A DNA stretch of 64,000 bases, from positions 806,001 through 870,000 of the forward strand of contig JAWMAR010000040.1 in assembly GCA_036785375.1 (NCBI GenBank), given 5' to 3'. Each line of letters opens with the position of its first letter. Positions within the stretch are counted from its first letter, which is position 1. The notes beneath the pieces are model-generated. The model was not told where the DNA came from and ran no database searches. It was given only the letters and a program-made list of their open reading frames with translations. Origin of the DNA: Leucoraja ocellata (lineage: Eukaryota). Position numbers and translations under genes: made by a program. This document shows, in pieces, positions 37,846 through 51,116 of the stretch.

Positions 37846-38792
37846 GGCTCTTGTAATTGGCTCTTTAATGCTGTAGCAGCTTACTAAGGCCAGCCTTCAA
37901 CTTCCACAGTGAGATGTTTATATGAATTCCAACTTTGAATAAATAAGGACCATTTCCACGAAAAACTTGATTGGCTAGACTCATCCGGATTGTTCATGAT
38001 GTCAAGGTGTCCGTATCCTGTTGAATAATTTCTTCAAACAATTCTCCCATTGCTGTTTTTACTTATATCCAGCCACCCTATGACTACAGCAGGCACAAAC
38101 TGTGAGTCAATTTGTTGCCCAACACCTATGCCTTCCCCATTTTTCCAACTTTGCTCAATTGGCCTCAGTGGTTGGAGGGAAAATAGGACACGGTTCCTTT
38201 TACTGATCTTTCCATAGACCAATGCTTAAAAAAGAAAACATTTGAACAGCGAGTTATGGTTTGATGCTCAATAACATTCAGATTCCAGTCTCGCTTATCA
38301 AAAATCTGATCAGGTACCAGAGTTGGGTGATACCTGTCAAACTGAGCAAAAGCAGTTTTTGTCCGTCAGCTAAGAGGAAATGGAAACAAATTAGAACAAA
38401 GCCTCCTTTTAAGTGAACTGCGTATACCGTGCGTGACATGAACCTATCCGTTTGTTGCAAGAATGCAGAGCACAGTTTTTAAATTCTAAATACTTCCTCA
38501 TTCCTATCAGCACTGCTGTTCGTCCACATATGTTAATTTAACATTCCATAAAGCTAACTACACCAGAACTAAATCTTGTTTAACAAGAAGATACGAAGTA
38601 ACATACAACATCATTGAACGCCCCCACAAAGCAATACAGACATGGACGGTATATAAAATAATATTTCTCCTCTGATCTCTCTCTCTGTACCCCTGTATAT
38701 ATCCTACCTCTGCATTGACCTTTCCAGTTGAGTAAAATCTTTGGGTTCTAACACAGCCCATCTTTGTCATTATCTTTTTTGATCTTATTTAT

Positions 38793-39563
38793 GTATGATA
38801 CAATGATACAATTTATTTGTTATCATTTGAACCTCATTGAGGTTCAAATGAAATTTGGTTTCTGCAGCCATACACACAAGAAAAAGAACCAAGACACAAC
38901 ACAATTTACACAAACATCCATCATAGTGGATCTCCTCCTCACTGTGATGGAAGGCAAAGTCTTATCTCTCCCCTGCACTCCTCATTCTCCTCCCGATGTC
39001 AGAGTCAAAGCCCCAGCGGGCGATGGTAAGCAAGTCCCGCGGCCATTAAAGCCGCGCCGGGCGATGTAAGGCCCCGCTGCAGGTACTTTTCAACCCCGCA
39101 AGTTGGGCGGGAGCAGTCGCCGTTGCGGAAGCCCCGAAAAGCAGTCTCCCACCAGGGACCAGCGAACTCCTGGTGTAACTGTCCACCAGACCTGCGGTTG
39201 GAGCCTCCGAATCTCTGGGGTCGGGTCGCAGCCGCGTGCCACCACAGCTCCTCCCGCTCTGAACTCAGCCAGCTCCATGATGGTAAGTAGTCCGCAGCTC
39301 CGTGACTGGAGCCCCAGGTCGTTCCGGTTGGAGGCCGCTCCACGGTGCTAGGCCCCAACGACAACGGAGACCCGACAGGGAAAAGGTCGGGTTCTCCATG
39401 CAGGGGAAAGATTTTAAAAGTTTCCCCAACCCCCACCCCCCGCCCCCACACACATACCCAGTTTAAAAAAACACTTTAAACTACATTCAAACGAGACAAA
39501 AAATAAAAAACGACAGACGGACTGCAGAGGCCGCTGCGACGTGAGTCGCGCCGCCCACCCAAC
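38793..39563 (-). mobile_element. GC-rich non-autonomous retroposon, copy C
   Basis: Reverse complement closely matches copy E at both ends (GGCGGCGCGACTCAC; hairpin; GGGGCCTAGCACCGTGGAGCGGCCTCCAACC; TTGCCTTCCATCA; TTTGAACCTC/GAGGTTCAAA tail). Confidence 0.7.
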
Positions 39564-40967
39564 GATGGTGTGAATTTTTCAACTTGGAGGCAAATACGAT
39601 AGTGACATGTAAATGCTTTTATATAGACACATACATATTCAGGGAATAGAGGATATGGATATGGATCACTGGCAGTCAGAGAAGATTAGTTTAACGTGTT
39701 CAGCAAAGGGCCTGGTCCGGTGCTGTGCTGTTTTATGTTCTATGATCCATTGTTGCCTGAAGCTGGTGGTAACACTTAATGTGATGCTATTGGCTACATT
39801 GTGCTGTGTCCATAAACTCTTCTTGAAATCCAATGCGAAGCATAGATCTGTTCAAATTTCCCTGCTATCAGATAGGACACCCTCCGATTCAGGATATAGG
39901 AGGTTAAACCTGGTGCAAACAAGTGTGTGGTCCTGTAAAAAAGAATGGAAGAAGAGGGTTGCCAGGGAAACGGTAAATGTACCTTTACAGCACAACGGAA
40001 GCATTAATCTTCAATCTTAAACATTACATTTTTTTAGTATTTAAAAAAAATATTTGTAGCCTCTCCACAACCAGCCACTTGCACTTGAAGAGTAGTATTG
40101 AACTGGGAACTGCAGCCCTGGCGAGGCACCAAGGTGGAAGACATGGCAAGGTGCAAGAAAAGCTAAGTGTCAGTCTCAGGACTTGTGGTAGATCTGACCT
40201 AATGAATGAAGACATGCTACTTATTTGACATGGTTATAACAAACTGGATAAAAGAGTTCATGTGGCTGCAGGTAAATCAGAAGGATCGATATGGCAGTCT
40301 TCCAATTATTCAATAAAAACGAGTTGGGTGTTTAAAAGCCAAAACAGGCTAAATTAAACAATTGAACATAACCAATTTTTGTCTGTGCCTTCTGTTCCTT
40401 CGTGCTCTGGGATGTGGATTCTTTGCTTTATTTTACAGTTATATATACTAGATGCGATACAGATGTTCCATCAAACATTATTTCAAATGTTCCTTTAGAA
40501 TGATTCTGGAATATTCTACCAACAACATTCCATTCCAGAGAGCAGTCCATTGCGTGATGCTGCCTACACCTGACATAGTTTATCATGCAGCAGTGATCTC
40601 TACACTGATAGATATGCTTCTGAGATTACCCACAGCAGGTATCTCAAGGCATGGGAAAAATGCCACTAATGTTATCTCTGCAAAATCTTCAAAATTCTCT
40701 AGAATTGAGCTAACATCAGGTTTCTCTCCTGAGCCAGCATTGAGGCCCTAGTTACTCTGGGTCAGCTACATTGGACAGGCCACAGCGTTTGGGTGTGTGA
40801 TTATAGACTTCCATAGCACTGCTCCAAGCTCCATTGTTGAAGAGTTGACCAGGTGGACAGAGAAAAAAACTCAAGGATAGGGTTAAAACTTCTTTGAACA
40901 AGTGCAAATCCCCATTTGACTTCTGAGGGTTCTGATCCTTGAGTGTCGAAGTGTGTCACACTGACCT

Positions 40968-41549
40968 GTTGTACAGGGCCCTAGTGAGACCACACCTGGA
41001 GTATTATGTGCAGTTTTGGTTTCCAAATTTGAGGAAGGATATTCTTACTACTGAGGTAGTGCAGCATAGGATCACAAGGTTAATTCCCAGGATGGTGGGA
41101 CTGTCATATGCTGAGAAAATGGAGCGGCTGGGCTTGTATACTCTGGAATTTAGGATGAGAGGGGATCTTATTGACACATCTACAATTATTAGGAGTTTGG
41201 ACACGCTAGAGGCAGAAAACACGTTCCTGATGTTGGGGGAGTCCAGAACCAGGGGCCACAGTTTAAGAATAAGGGGTAAGCTGTTTAGAACGGAGATGAG
41301 GAAACACTTTTTCACACACAGAGTTGGGAGTCTGTGGAATTCTCTGCCTCAGAGGGTGGTGGAGACCGGTTCTCTGGATGCTTTCAAGAGAGAGCTGGAT
41401 AGGGCTCTTAAAGATAGCGGAGTCAGGGGATATGGGGAAAAGGCAGGAACGGGGTACTGATTGGGGATGATCAGCCATGATCACATTGAATGGCGGTGCT
41501 GGCTCAAAGGGCCGAATGGCCTACTCCTGCACCTATTGTCTATTGTCTA
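40968..41549 (+). mobile_element. CR1/HER1 3' end, (TATTGTC)n subfamily
   Basis: LYRALVRPHLEY...SLWNSLPQR plus 3' UTR. Confidence 0.9.
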
Positions 41550-42422
41550 ATATTAATGTGATTTATCCAGGTCCTGATTAATGGTGGCCTACTCATTACC
41601 TACTACCTCCTGCTGTCCGTCCTTTCACCCTTATTTATTTTTATTTTTAGTCCTGTTCATATCAGGTGTTTATTGGAGGTCTTCTTTTATGTGGTGGGTG
41701 GGGGAGGGGAAGGGGGAAATTATTTTTAACCCCAGTCCTACCTGGTCGGAGATGCGGTTTTTCTCCGAACCGCATCTTCGTCCTCTCTGTGCGGCCTAGT
41801 CGAACTGGAGCAGCGCTGAGCGGCGTTTCCTGCGGGGACTGCAGCTTCGACGGCGGTGTAGATGCTGGGACATCTACAAGGAGCGGGCGATGCCTTACCG
41901 GGTCGCCTTGCGGTAATCTCCGGGGCACTGTGACCGTCGACGGCACCGCGGAGCCTGGGATCCGAGATCGCCAGTGTCGGGGGTTCGGCCGGCGCGGCCT
42001 GTGAACTTTGGTCGTTGCAGTCTTCAGGGGGGGGGAAGCGGCCGCTTCAGTCCTGGCCGCTGATGGATGTTCACCGACGCCGATGGTCCAGCTTCACGGC
42101 AAGGGGGCCTGAAGACACCGGGCTGGCTGAGGAGGCCAGATATAGGCCCCGACCTCGGGTGGACTATGAGGGGGAGAACTGGATATTTTTGGTGCCTTCC
42201 CTCACAGTGAATTCTGCTGTGGGGGGACGTTTCATGTTGATTTCTATAGTGTACTGTTCTGTGTCTTTTTTCTTATTCTCTTTTTTCTCTTTTTTGATTT
42301 GTATGGATTTATTGCATTGATCTGTTCAATTAATTTAATCAATCTCTGTAAAGCACTTTGGTTCAAATACTGGTTTTGTTGAAAAGTGCTATATAAATAA
42401 ATATTATTATTATTATTATTAT
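41550..42422 (+). mobile_element. GC-rich non-autonomous retroposon, copy D, with 28-bp target-site duplication and L2-type tail
   Basis: Flanked by TACTCCTGCACCTATTGTCTATTGTCTA at 41522-41549 and 42423-42450. Ends TGTAAAGCACTTTG...AAAAGTGCTATATAAATAAAT(ATT)n. Confidence 0.75.
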
Positions 42423-42484
42423 TACTCCTGCACCTATTGTCTATTGTCTATTGACCTTTACATGTTTACGGATTTAGCCATATC

Positions 42485-43250
42485 ACACTCTGTTTAAGAA
42501 AGGCTGCAAAGAAAAACCTGGGAACTGCAGACCAGTTAGTAAGTTTGTGGATGACGCTAAACTTGCTGGTATTGTGGACAGTGAAGAAGGTTATTCTAAT
42601 TACAGGAAGGATATCATTCAACTAGAAAGGATACGAAAAACATTTACAAGGATGTATGAAGAAGGCTCCTGAACCAAAGAGTCACCTATCTATGTTCTCC
42701 AGGGATGCTGCCTGACCCGCTGAGCTACTCCAGCACTTTTGTCTTTTTTTTGCAAACCAGCATCTGTAGTTTTTTGTTCACATTTTACAAGCATGCTACT
42801 CCCTTTGGAGGTTTCGATTTACAAGAAGAGGCAGTTTAGGCTGGGTCTTGTCCCCTAAAGCATAGGAGGCTGAGGAGTGATCTTGCATCGTTATCTAGCA
42901 TCAAGAGGGATGCAGATAAGATGCATGGCCACAGTCTTTTCAGCAGGGAATCTAAAACTAGAGCAACTAGAGGGGTTAAGGTGAAAGGGGAAAGATGTAA
43001 AAGGGAACTAAGAGGCAACTTTTTTACCTTAAGGATGGCATATACCTGGAATGTGCTGGCAGAGGAAATGATAGAGGCTGATACAGTAATGATGTTTAAA
43101 ATACTTCGAAAGTTACACGGGTAAGGAAAGGTTTGGAGGGATATAGGCCAGATCCAGGAAAATAGGACTTTCTCAGTGGCACAGACAAATTGAGTGGCAC
43201 AGACAAATTGGGCTGAAGAGCCTGTTTCCATGCTGCTTGTGTGTCTGTGA
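42485..43250 (+). mobile_element. Degraded CR1 with a nested Penelope-type terminal repeat (about 42655-42775)
   Basis: KFVDDAKL relic and RGNFFTLR. Confidence 0.6.
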
Positions 43251-43264
43251 CTCCGGGGCTTGCT

Positions 43265-44690
43265 CAGCAGTACCATTGAACTGATATCACTTGCGTCCAC
43301 TCTTGCATGCTGACTGAGTTCATTTCAAGATTTACTGCGATCCCAATTGGGCTTCCGATCATTACTTTATTGTAGCTTCCTTGTGTTCTGCAGTGACACC
43401 TTCTTCCAGCACATGTTGCAACCAACGTACCAGTGTCATTAATTCTTGCACCTTGAGAACCACATGCAAATAACAAATGATCTACACAAGCTATCCTGAC
43501 CTTTCTGATGACCTTTAAGTAGTTCTTGGCTCCATACACTGTGATAACCTCTTCCTGATCTCATCTGATCTGACTGTCCATATGTGACTGGAAATTCTCC
43601 ACTGAAAAATAATTTCTTTTGATTCCAACTGGCAATGCCATCTTTGTCTACATTTCTTCTCCTCCACTCCCTACGTTTGATTGCAGCTGTTCAAACCTGG
43701 TTTCTCCAAATCTGTTTCTCCAGTCAACATNNNNNNNNNNNNNNNNNNNNNNNNNNNNNNNNNNNNNNNNNNNNNNNNNNNNNNNNNNNNNNNNNNNNNN
43801 NNNNNNNNNNNNNNNNNNNNNNNNNNNNNNNNNNNNNNNNNNNNNNNNNNNNNNNNNNNNNNNNNNNNNNNNNNNNNNNNNNNNNNNNNNNNNCGCATTA
43901 TCTGGAATGGAACTGCAGCCCTTTGATGCTAAGGACTGCAGTTCCTTAGATGGTTCACAAAGATTGTCAATGATCCTTTGCTTGTGTTGAAGGATCCCAC
44001 TGATTGAACCTCAAAACAATTGCAGTTGCTTTCTATTTATACGAGGGAGTTGTTTAGTCCCTTTGGTTCCATCCATTCAGAAATACCCTGAAATGCCATC
44101 TTTTAATTTAGTTTATTATTGTTGCGTGTACCGAGGTACAGTGAAAAACTCTTTTATTGCGTACTATCCAGACAGCAAAAAGGCTATACATGATTGCAAT
44201 TAAGCTCCAGAGTGACTTTTGCAATTTCTCTAGCTGTCACTTTAAATCAATCAGCATGATGAAAATCAACTTTTCAAAATATGCTGTGGCCTCTTTGCAC
44301 AGGAACTTGGAAAAGTTATCTGCAGTAGCATTCTGTTTTAAAGTTTGATGCTCACTATCGTAATCAAACAGAGACTGACGGCCAATTTTGACACCATCAA
44401 AAATGGCTAGCTGGGAATTGTAGTCTGCAGCAAGACTAAAAAGCCATCCTTGTGTGTAAATAAGTAATGTCAAATATAATCGTTAATGTTGCCTTTTTGA
44501 TCTGTGTATAATTATTTGTGCTTTTAGTCAATGCACAAGAAGCATATATGATTGGTTGGTTATGATCCCGATCCAATGAATGAATGTTTCTGGCTTCAAC
44601 ACGAAAAATTGAGGCATCATGGGAACGTTTCAAGCCCTTTGTATGGCATAGTGGGACAAGGCTGGTCTTACACTCATAATACACTAATTG
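43265..44690 (-). mobile_element. Gypsy/Ty3 LTR-retrotransposon pol relic (RNase H region)
   Basis: DAS...QPIIYASCALTKSTNNYTQIKKATLTIIF and NATADNFSK match the Gypsy RNase H pattern (PIAYASR.L...E.NY...EKE.LAI; NxxADxLSR). Extent beyond 44250-44690 is uncertain. Confidence 0.65.
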
Positions 44691-44985
44691 TCTGTAGTTT
44701 GCCGTTTTGGTTCAATGGTACTTTATTATCACATGTACTGCTGTACAATGGAATTCTATTTTTGCATACAGTTCAGTAAATTGTTACCAAACATAAATAC
44801 AATCCCAGATTAAGTACAAAGTGTATAGTCATAGCCCACTGAGACCATATAAAGGCTTTCCAGGTTTTGGTGTCATTAAGTGATGAGGATCATTTGTGCC
44901 ATTCTCCACTATTATTATCCTTTGGGTGGAAGAGGCAGGTAGGATGCCACCATTAATCAGGACCTGGATCAATCACATTAATATT

Positions 44986-45750
44986 AGACAATAGACAATA
45001 GGTGCAGGAGTAGGCCATTCGGCCCTTTGAGCCAGCACCGCCATTCAATGTGATCATGGCTGATCATCCCCAATCAGTACCCCATTCCTGCCTTTTCCCC
45101 ATATCCCCTGACTCCGCTATCTTTAAGAGCCCTATCCAGCTCTCTCTTGAAAGCATCCAGAGAACCGGTCTCCACCACCCTCTGAGGCAGAGAATTCCAC
45201 AGACTCACAACTCTCTGTGAGAAAAAGTGTTTCCTTTCCTTGTCTCCGTTCTAAACAGCTTACCCCTTATTCTTAAACTGATGCCCCTGGTTCTGGACTC
45301 CCCCAACATCGGGAACATGTTTCCTGCCTCTGCCTAGTCCAAACCCTTAACAATCTTATATGTTTCAATAAGATACCCTCTCATCCTTCTAAACTTCAGA
45401 GTGTACAAGCCCAGCTGCTCCATTCTCTCAGCATATGACAGTCCCGCCATCCCGGGAATTAACCTTGTAAACCTATGCTGCACTCCTTCAATAGCAAGAA
45501 TGTTCTTCCTCAAATTAGGGGACAAAAACTGCACACAATACTCCAGGTGTGGTCTCACTAGGGCTCTGTACAACTGCAGAAGGATCTCTTTGCTCCTATA
45601 TTCGATTCCTCTTGTTATAAAGGCCAAAATGCCATTCGCTTTCTTCACTGCCTGCTGTACCTGCATGCTTACTTTCATAGACTGATGAACAAGGACACCC
45701 AGATCCCATTGTACTTCCTCTTTTTCCAACTTGACACCATTTAGATAGTA
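44986..45750 (-). mobile_element. CR1/HER1 3' end, (TATTGTC)n subfamily
   Basis: DLGVLVHQSMKVSMQVQQAVKKANGILAFI...LYRALVRPHLEY. Inverted near-copy of 40968-41549. Confidence 0.9.
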
Positions 45751-46054
45751 AATGTGGCAGCTTTTTGTTGTTGTACAATTTTATATTCATTTTCAAGAGC
45801 TGGGTATTGATGGCAAGCACAGCATGTATTGCTCATCTCTAACAGCCTGTGAGGAGGCCATGGACCGCTGATGTGAACAATTGCTGTCCCTCCCACAGTG
45901 GCATCAGACATGGAGGTCTTGGATTTAGACCCACTGACAATGAAAGATGGGCAATGTATTTCCAAGTCAGGATAGTCGGTAATACTGCTCTCATGTGTCT
46001 GCTGCCCTATGGAAATAATGGTGGTTGGGAAATGTTGTTAGATTCTGGCGGAAA

Positions 46055-46365
46055 AATGGCAGATGGAGTTTAACCCTTATCAACATTGATGTACCGAGAG
46101 ATCTTGGGGTCCAATTCTTTAACTCCCTGAAAATGGCAGCACAAGTAGATAGAGTGGTAAAGAGGACATAAGGCAAGTTTGCCTTCATTGGTCGGGACAG
46201 TGAGTGTAAGAGTCAGAAAACAATAAAAGCAGCTTTATAGGACTTTGGTTAGGTCGCATTTGGAGTATTGCATGCAGTTCTGGTTCTTGGGAAAGGGTGC
46301 AGAGGTGGTTTGCCAGAATGATGCCTGGATTTGGGAGTATTAGCTACAGGGAGAGGTTGGGCAGA
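46055..46365 (+). mobile_element. Degraded CR1 fragment
   Basis: WQMEFN, RDLGV and LVRSHLEYC relics. Confidence 0.65.
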
Positions 46366-49300
46366 TATGATGATTGATTCAAAACAGGATACTCAACACT
46401 GATTTGGATGAATATTGCTAGTGGATACCAATTTATCACCGTGTACACTGAGGTGCTTATAATGAACGCAGGTCGGGCCCTGGGGTACGATATTGGTAGG
46501 CAGCAATGATAAAACAACTGAAACTCTTTCCCTCCCATCTAATCCCTCTGATATTGTATGACTCTTGTTTTGAATTGTTGTCCTTTTCCATTGCCAAATC
46601 CATTCTTGTCAAATGAGTAATAGCTTGCAAGTTGAACCAGTCATGGTGAGATTTACATCATCCCAAAGGACAAAAGCAGATCTGCTAGTTGAATAGGTAA
46701 CATTAAAAAAAATCCTAAACACTTTTCTTTTCATCTTATCAGTACAATAGTCTTCGTAGTTTCTTCGTGCTATTCATCTTTTTGTTCGTAATGTGATGTC
46801 GCTGAAGTGTTTTTTTTTAATCAGCTATTATTTGGAAGGACCATATCCGTGCGTGTTTGGCATAATTTTATATATTTGATGTATTATTAAAGAGATTCAA
46901 CAAAGCTAAATTTAAATATGAAAATGCTCAAAGTGATAATTAATTATCTCAGGACTGAGCTTTTAGAATTAAAAAAACAGGGATTCGGCTGAATTCACTG
47001 TGCTATAAAGACAATTATTTAGGCATTGCGAAAATAACAAGTCCTCTTCATAAAATCTCCTGCAAACCTGTCATGTATTCGTTCCCTTTCTGAATGATAA
47101 CATTTCTTATTAATTTTGCTGAGCTGAATAGATATTGTGAGCATCGACTTTGTCCTGTGAACACTTTTACATTTAATATTGATGCTTTTGTATTAGAAGT
47201 TCCTTTTTAGATTGTAATAAACTCTGATGTGGTCTTCTCTATTTGAAATACTTCTTAATGAATTGAGGATCTCAGGATAATTGGAACAATGAACCCTGTT
47301 GAAGAATAGAGACGTCAAGGCACAGGGAAGTTCTCTTATTCTATCAATTATAAAACAGCTTCTTGTTTTAAATGCGTGTGTTCTGTTTCTGGTTAGTGTG
47401 GTATGGAATAGATAACAATGTAAGGATCATTGTGCAGGAGCTGAGTCACTTCCTCATGCTCTTGAGTTTTACACAACACCAGTCTGTTGTGATAATGTGT
47501 GTGACATCTTGAATTCAAAGTATGAAGTGGATTAGTTTTGGGATAATCTTTATTGTATTTGTTTCAGCAAAAAAGCAAATTTCTATTTGGGATTATGATC
47601 CTCTTTATAGCTTTATTGTCTTCCGTTAATTTACAGACCCATAGTTAGTTGATAGAGAGGATTGTGTTCCATTATTTAAAGGACAGATATATATATTTGC
47701 AATAGGCAGCTCAGAGGGTCACTAAATTGAAGATTCCCTTGAATGAGGAACGATTAGGTAGGTTGAACCTAAACTCATGGAACTTTGAAAAAATGCAGTA
47801 TGAACCTACTGAAATGTATACAATTCTGAGAGGACTTTACGGAATAATGCTGAGAGAATGTTTTCTCTTGGGGAACAAGAAGGCGTAAGACATTGTCATT
47901 TAAGATTGCGTCAAAAGCTTTGTGCATTTTAAATAGTTCTCTTGCCCCGGAGAGATGTGTAGGCCAACCCATCAAATATACATAGACCATTTTTTGTGCC
48001 ATACAGAAAGCCAGGCTATGTGGAGCAGATAAGAAAATGTAGTTGAAGCCAAGATCAGACATCCCACAATCGTTTTGAATGGCAAAACAAAATCGAGGGG
48101 GCTGCAGGGCTTCCCCTATTTTTTTTAATATTATGATCTTTTATGACCACTTGAATGTCCAGTATTGTCTCATTTCCAAGAATGATGTGCCAAAAGATGC
48201 TTTACTGCCTTGAATAGTTTTGAATAACTCTGCCTTGATTTTGTGCTCGTGTCTGGAGATGGTCCGGGACTCGGGATTTTCTGACCTGAGCCAAAGTATT
48301 TTATACCTGGAATTCACATAATTTTAATCGCCCTGAATTTTATCCCTTTAATCCACCCTCTGATACTTACCTAGGCTTTCCCATTTATAGATCCATTGAG
48401 ATTTTGGAAATCTGCTTTTTACAGGTAACATACAACATCCTTTCACTGCAACATTTACATTATTCACTGCACTTCATTACAGTTAGATTCTCCTGTATTA
48501 GTTAAAGTGGATTTTCTTGTCTGTATTTCTCATTGGTTTTGTCAGTGACCAAATGTATTTTGTTGTTCAATTGAAAGATAATTTGGTTCGAATGATCATT
48601 GGTATGAATGGTTGATCCTTTTCAATTAATGTTGATTGGTGTACCCTCAGCTGTGGTCTGTATTCCCATTCTGAATTGTCCTTCCTAAAAATGAGATGAC
48701 TTGCCTTCATTTTTCATCTCAAATGAGGCGATAGACTTCAAAGAGAGGATAGAAATATTCCCAGTGCTGAAAAGCTTTATCTGTTTGCTCAGTGTCTTGT
48801 TTTATTTTGGGTTGCCATTATTCCCATTTTTTTAAACAAATTTAAATACATTAAAGGCACTTACTTGGCAGTACATCCTGTGGAACGATGCACCAACGCA
48901 ACTTGTTTTTGTAATTATCTTATTGTTGCTTACCATTTGAGGTTTATATATATATATCTCAATTAGTTTGTCGCAACATATACCACCCAATAAGCTGTTT
49001 CCAAATTTTCTCCACTCACTGTGACGATAAAGTGTGAGTTCATTCTGACCAGCTATCGTCCATTTTCTTTCTTAATTAGCTACTTTTTGCATGGAGGCCT
49101 AGCCAGTTTCGCAATAAACTTAGTTAGTGTTGTAATTTGGCAAAACAGAGAGGAAATTATGAATATTTACACAAAACTTTTTTTTACCCTTGATGATTTT
49201 AAGCAAACATTACTTGAAATCTTGCAATGTAAGAAAATATGGAATTTGTTCAGTTTATGCTGTTCACATGAAGTGTAAAAACTAAAAGTTACCATTCGCT

Positions 49301-50020
49301 CTGTCGGGTCCATGGCCCGTCCACAACATCCAAATACAAGCAAATATTTATTACATCTATTGCAGAAATTTGCATTTTCACAGTAAATCTAAGGGTTTTG
49401 ATTTTGTTGACTACACTAAAGGAAATAAAAATGTTCCTGTTTCCATGTTCCATACACCTATTATTTGCATATAACTTACACTAACTTTCTGGTTCACTAA
49501 GGTGATTTAATGGCAGTTTTTGGGACATGATTTGTCTGTGGTAAGGAATAAAATACATTTGCGTCCTTAGAACTTCTCAAAATGCTCTTCTGTATTCATT
49601 ACTGCACTTCGAAATAACATCGGACTAGTCCAGTTATTCTGCACTATTGATTCCTTTTATTTTGAATCGTTTATAAGTGCTCCATTCGCCTTCAAGTGCA
49701 ATGGTTGTCACGTTGGATCCAGTTTGTTAGGTGGACAAGCTTGGCATCCAACAGAAACTGAATGATCGATCAGTTAAACTACTTTTAATGTGATCTTGGA
49801 GCGAGTTGTGTTAGTCAGGAGAGGTTTTCTACACTTCATCAAATATTCCTGTGAAATCTTTCATCTCTCTTTCAAATCAAATTATTTCAAAATTATATCT
49901 GAAAGGTAATATCTGCAACAGGTAATATCCCAACATACAGGCCTGAAATGCTAGCCATAATTTAATTCCTATGATCTCAAATTTCGATGCGTATGCTAAA
50001 ATAAGCATACGCATCGAAGC

Positions 50021-51116
50021 ACGCTGAGCACCGGCTCCCCTCAAGGCTGTGTGCTCAGCCCTCTGTTGTTCACTCTGCTCACACATGACTGTGCTGCCAG
50101 ATTCAGGGAAAATAAAATCATAAAATTCGCGGACGACACTACAGTGGTGGGACTCATCAGTGGAGATGACGAAACAATGTACAGGGAGGAAGTAGAACAA
50201 CTGGTGGACTGGTGCGGCAAAAACAACCTAGAATTGAATGTCGACAAAACTAAGGAGATGGTTGTCGACTTCAGGAGGGCGCAGCCAAAGCATACACCGC
50301 TCAACATTAGTGGCACTGCAGTGGAGAGAGTGGAGAGCATAAAGTTCCTCGGTGTGCAAATAACGGACAGCCTCACCTGGTCCAGGAACACCACTGGGAC
50401 CGTCAAACGGGCCCATCAGCGACTGCACTTCCTGAGGAAACTAAAACAGGCCTCACTCCCCACCAACATCCTCAGGACTTTCTACAGGGGCACGGTGGAG
50501 TCTGTACTCACGTACTGCATAAATACGTGGTACTCCACCTGCAACTGTTCGGACAGGAAGGCTCTGCAGAGGGTAGTGAGGGGAGCAGAGAGGATCATTG
50601 GCGTCTCCCTACCCTCGGTACAAGAACTGTTCCAGAGCCGCTGTCTGAAGAAAGCACAGAGAATTGCCAAGGACAAACTGCACCCCCTCCACGCACACCT
50701 GGATCTCCTGCCATCAGGCAAGAGATATCGTAGCATCAAAGCCCGGACTACGAGGCTGCTAAACAGCTTCCTACCACAGGCTGTGAGGCTGCTAAACAGT
50801 CACTCTGCACTCACAGTCACTTGACTTGACTCTGCGGCTGGCACGGACACTTTAATACTGGCACTGGCCACTCAAATCAGCGGCCCCGGACATTTTTATG
50901 ATTGGTTTATTGAATTTTAACATTGTGTTTTTTTTACCTGCTTTTAACTATTTATACTGTTCCATCAGGGACTGGATTGTTTTTAGTGTTATTATGTGTG
51001 AAGTGTTTAATTTCATGTGCGATGCTCCGCTATTCACTGGGAAACGTCTTTTCATTTTGCACTGTAACAACTGTTGCTTGCAAGATGACAATAAAGGTTG
51101 ATTGATTGATTGATTA
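50021..51116 (+). mobile_element. Young 5'-truncated Rex1/Babar-like LINE with an uninterrupted RT C-terminal ORF
   Basis: ORF 50051-50824: LSPLLF...[12 protein letters not shown]...KRAHQRLHFLRKL...TTRLLNSFLPQAVRLLN. Tail (TTGA)n; candidate TSD ATCTCAA. Confidence 0.92.

Noticed and set aside
39530-39552. Minus-strand GCGACTCACGTCGCAGC, resembling the CPEB3 core
   Set aside because: No P1 or P2 partner strands are present, and copy E does not keep the loop. It is a simple hairpin.
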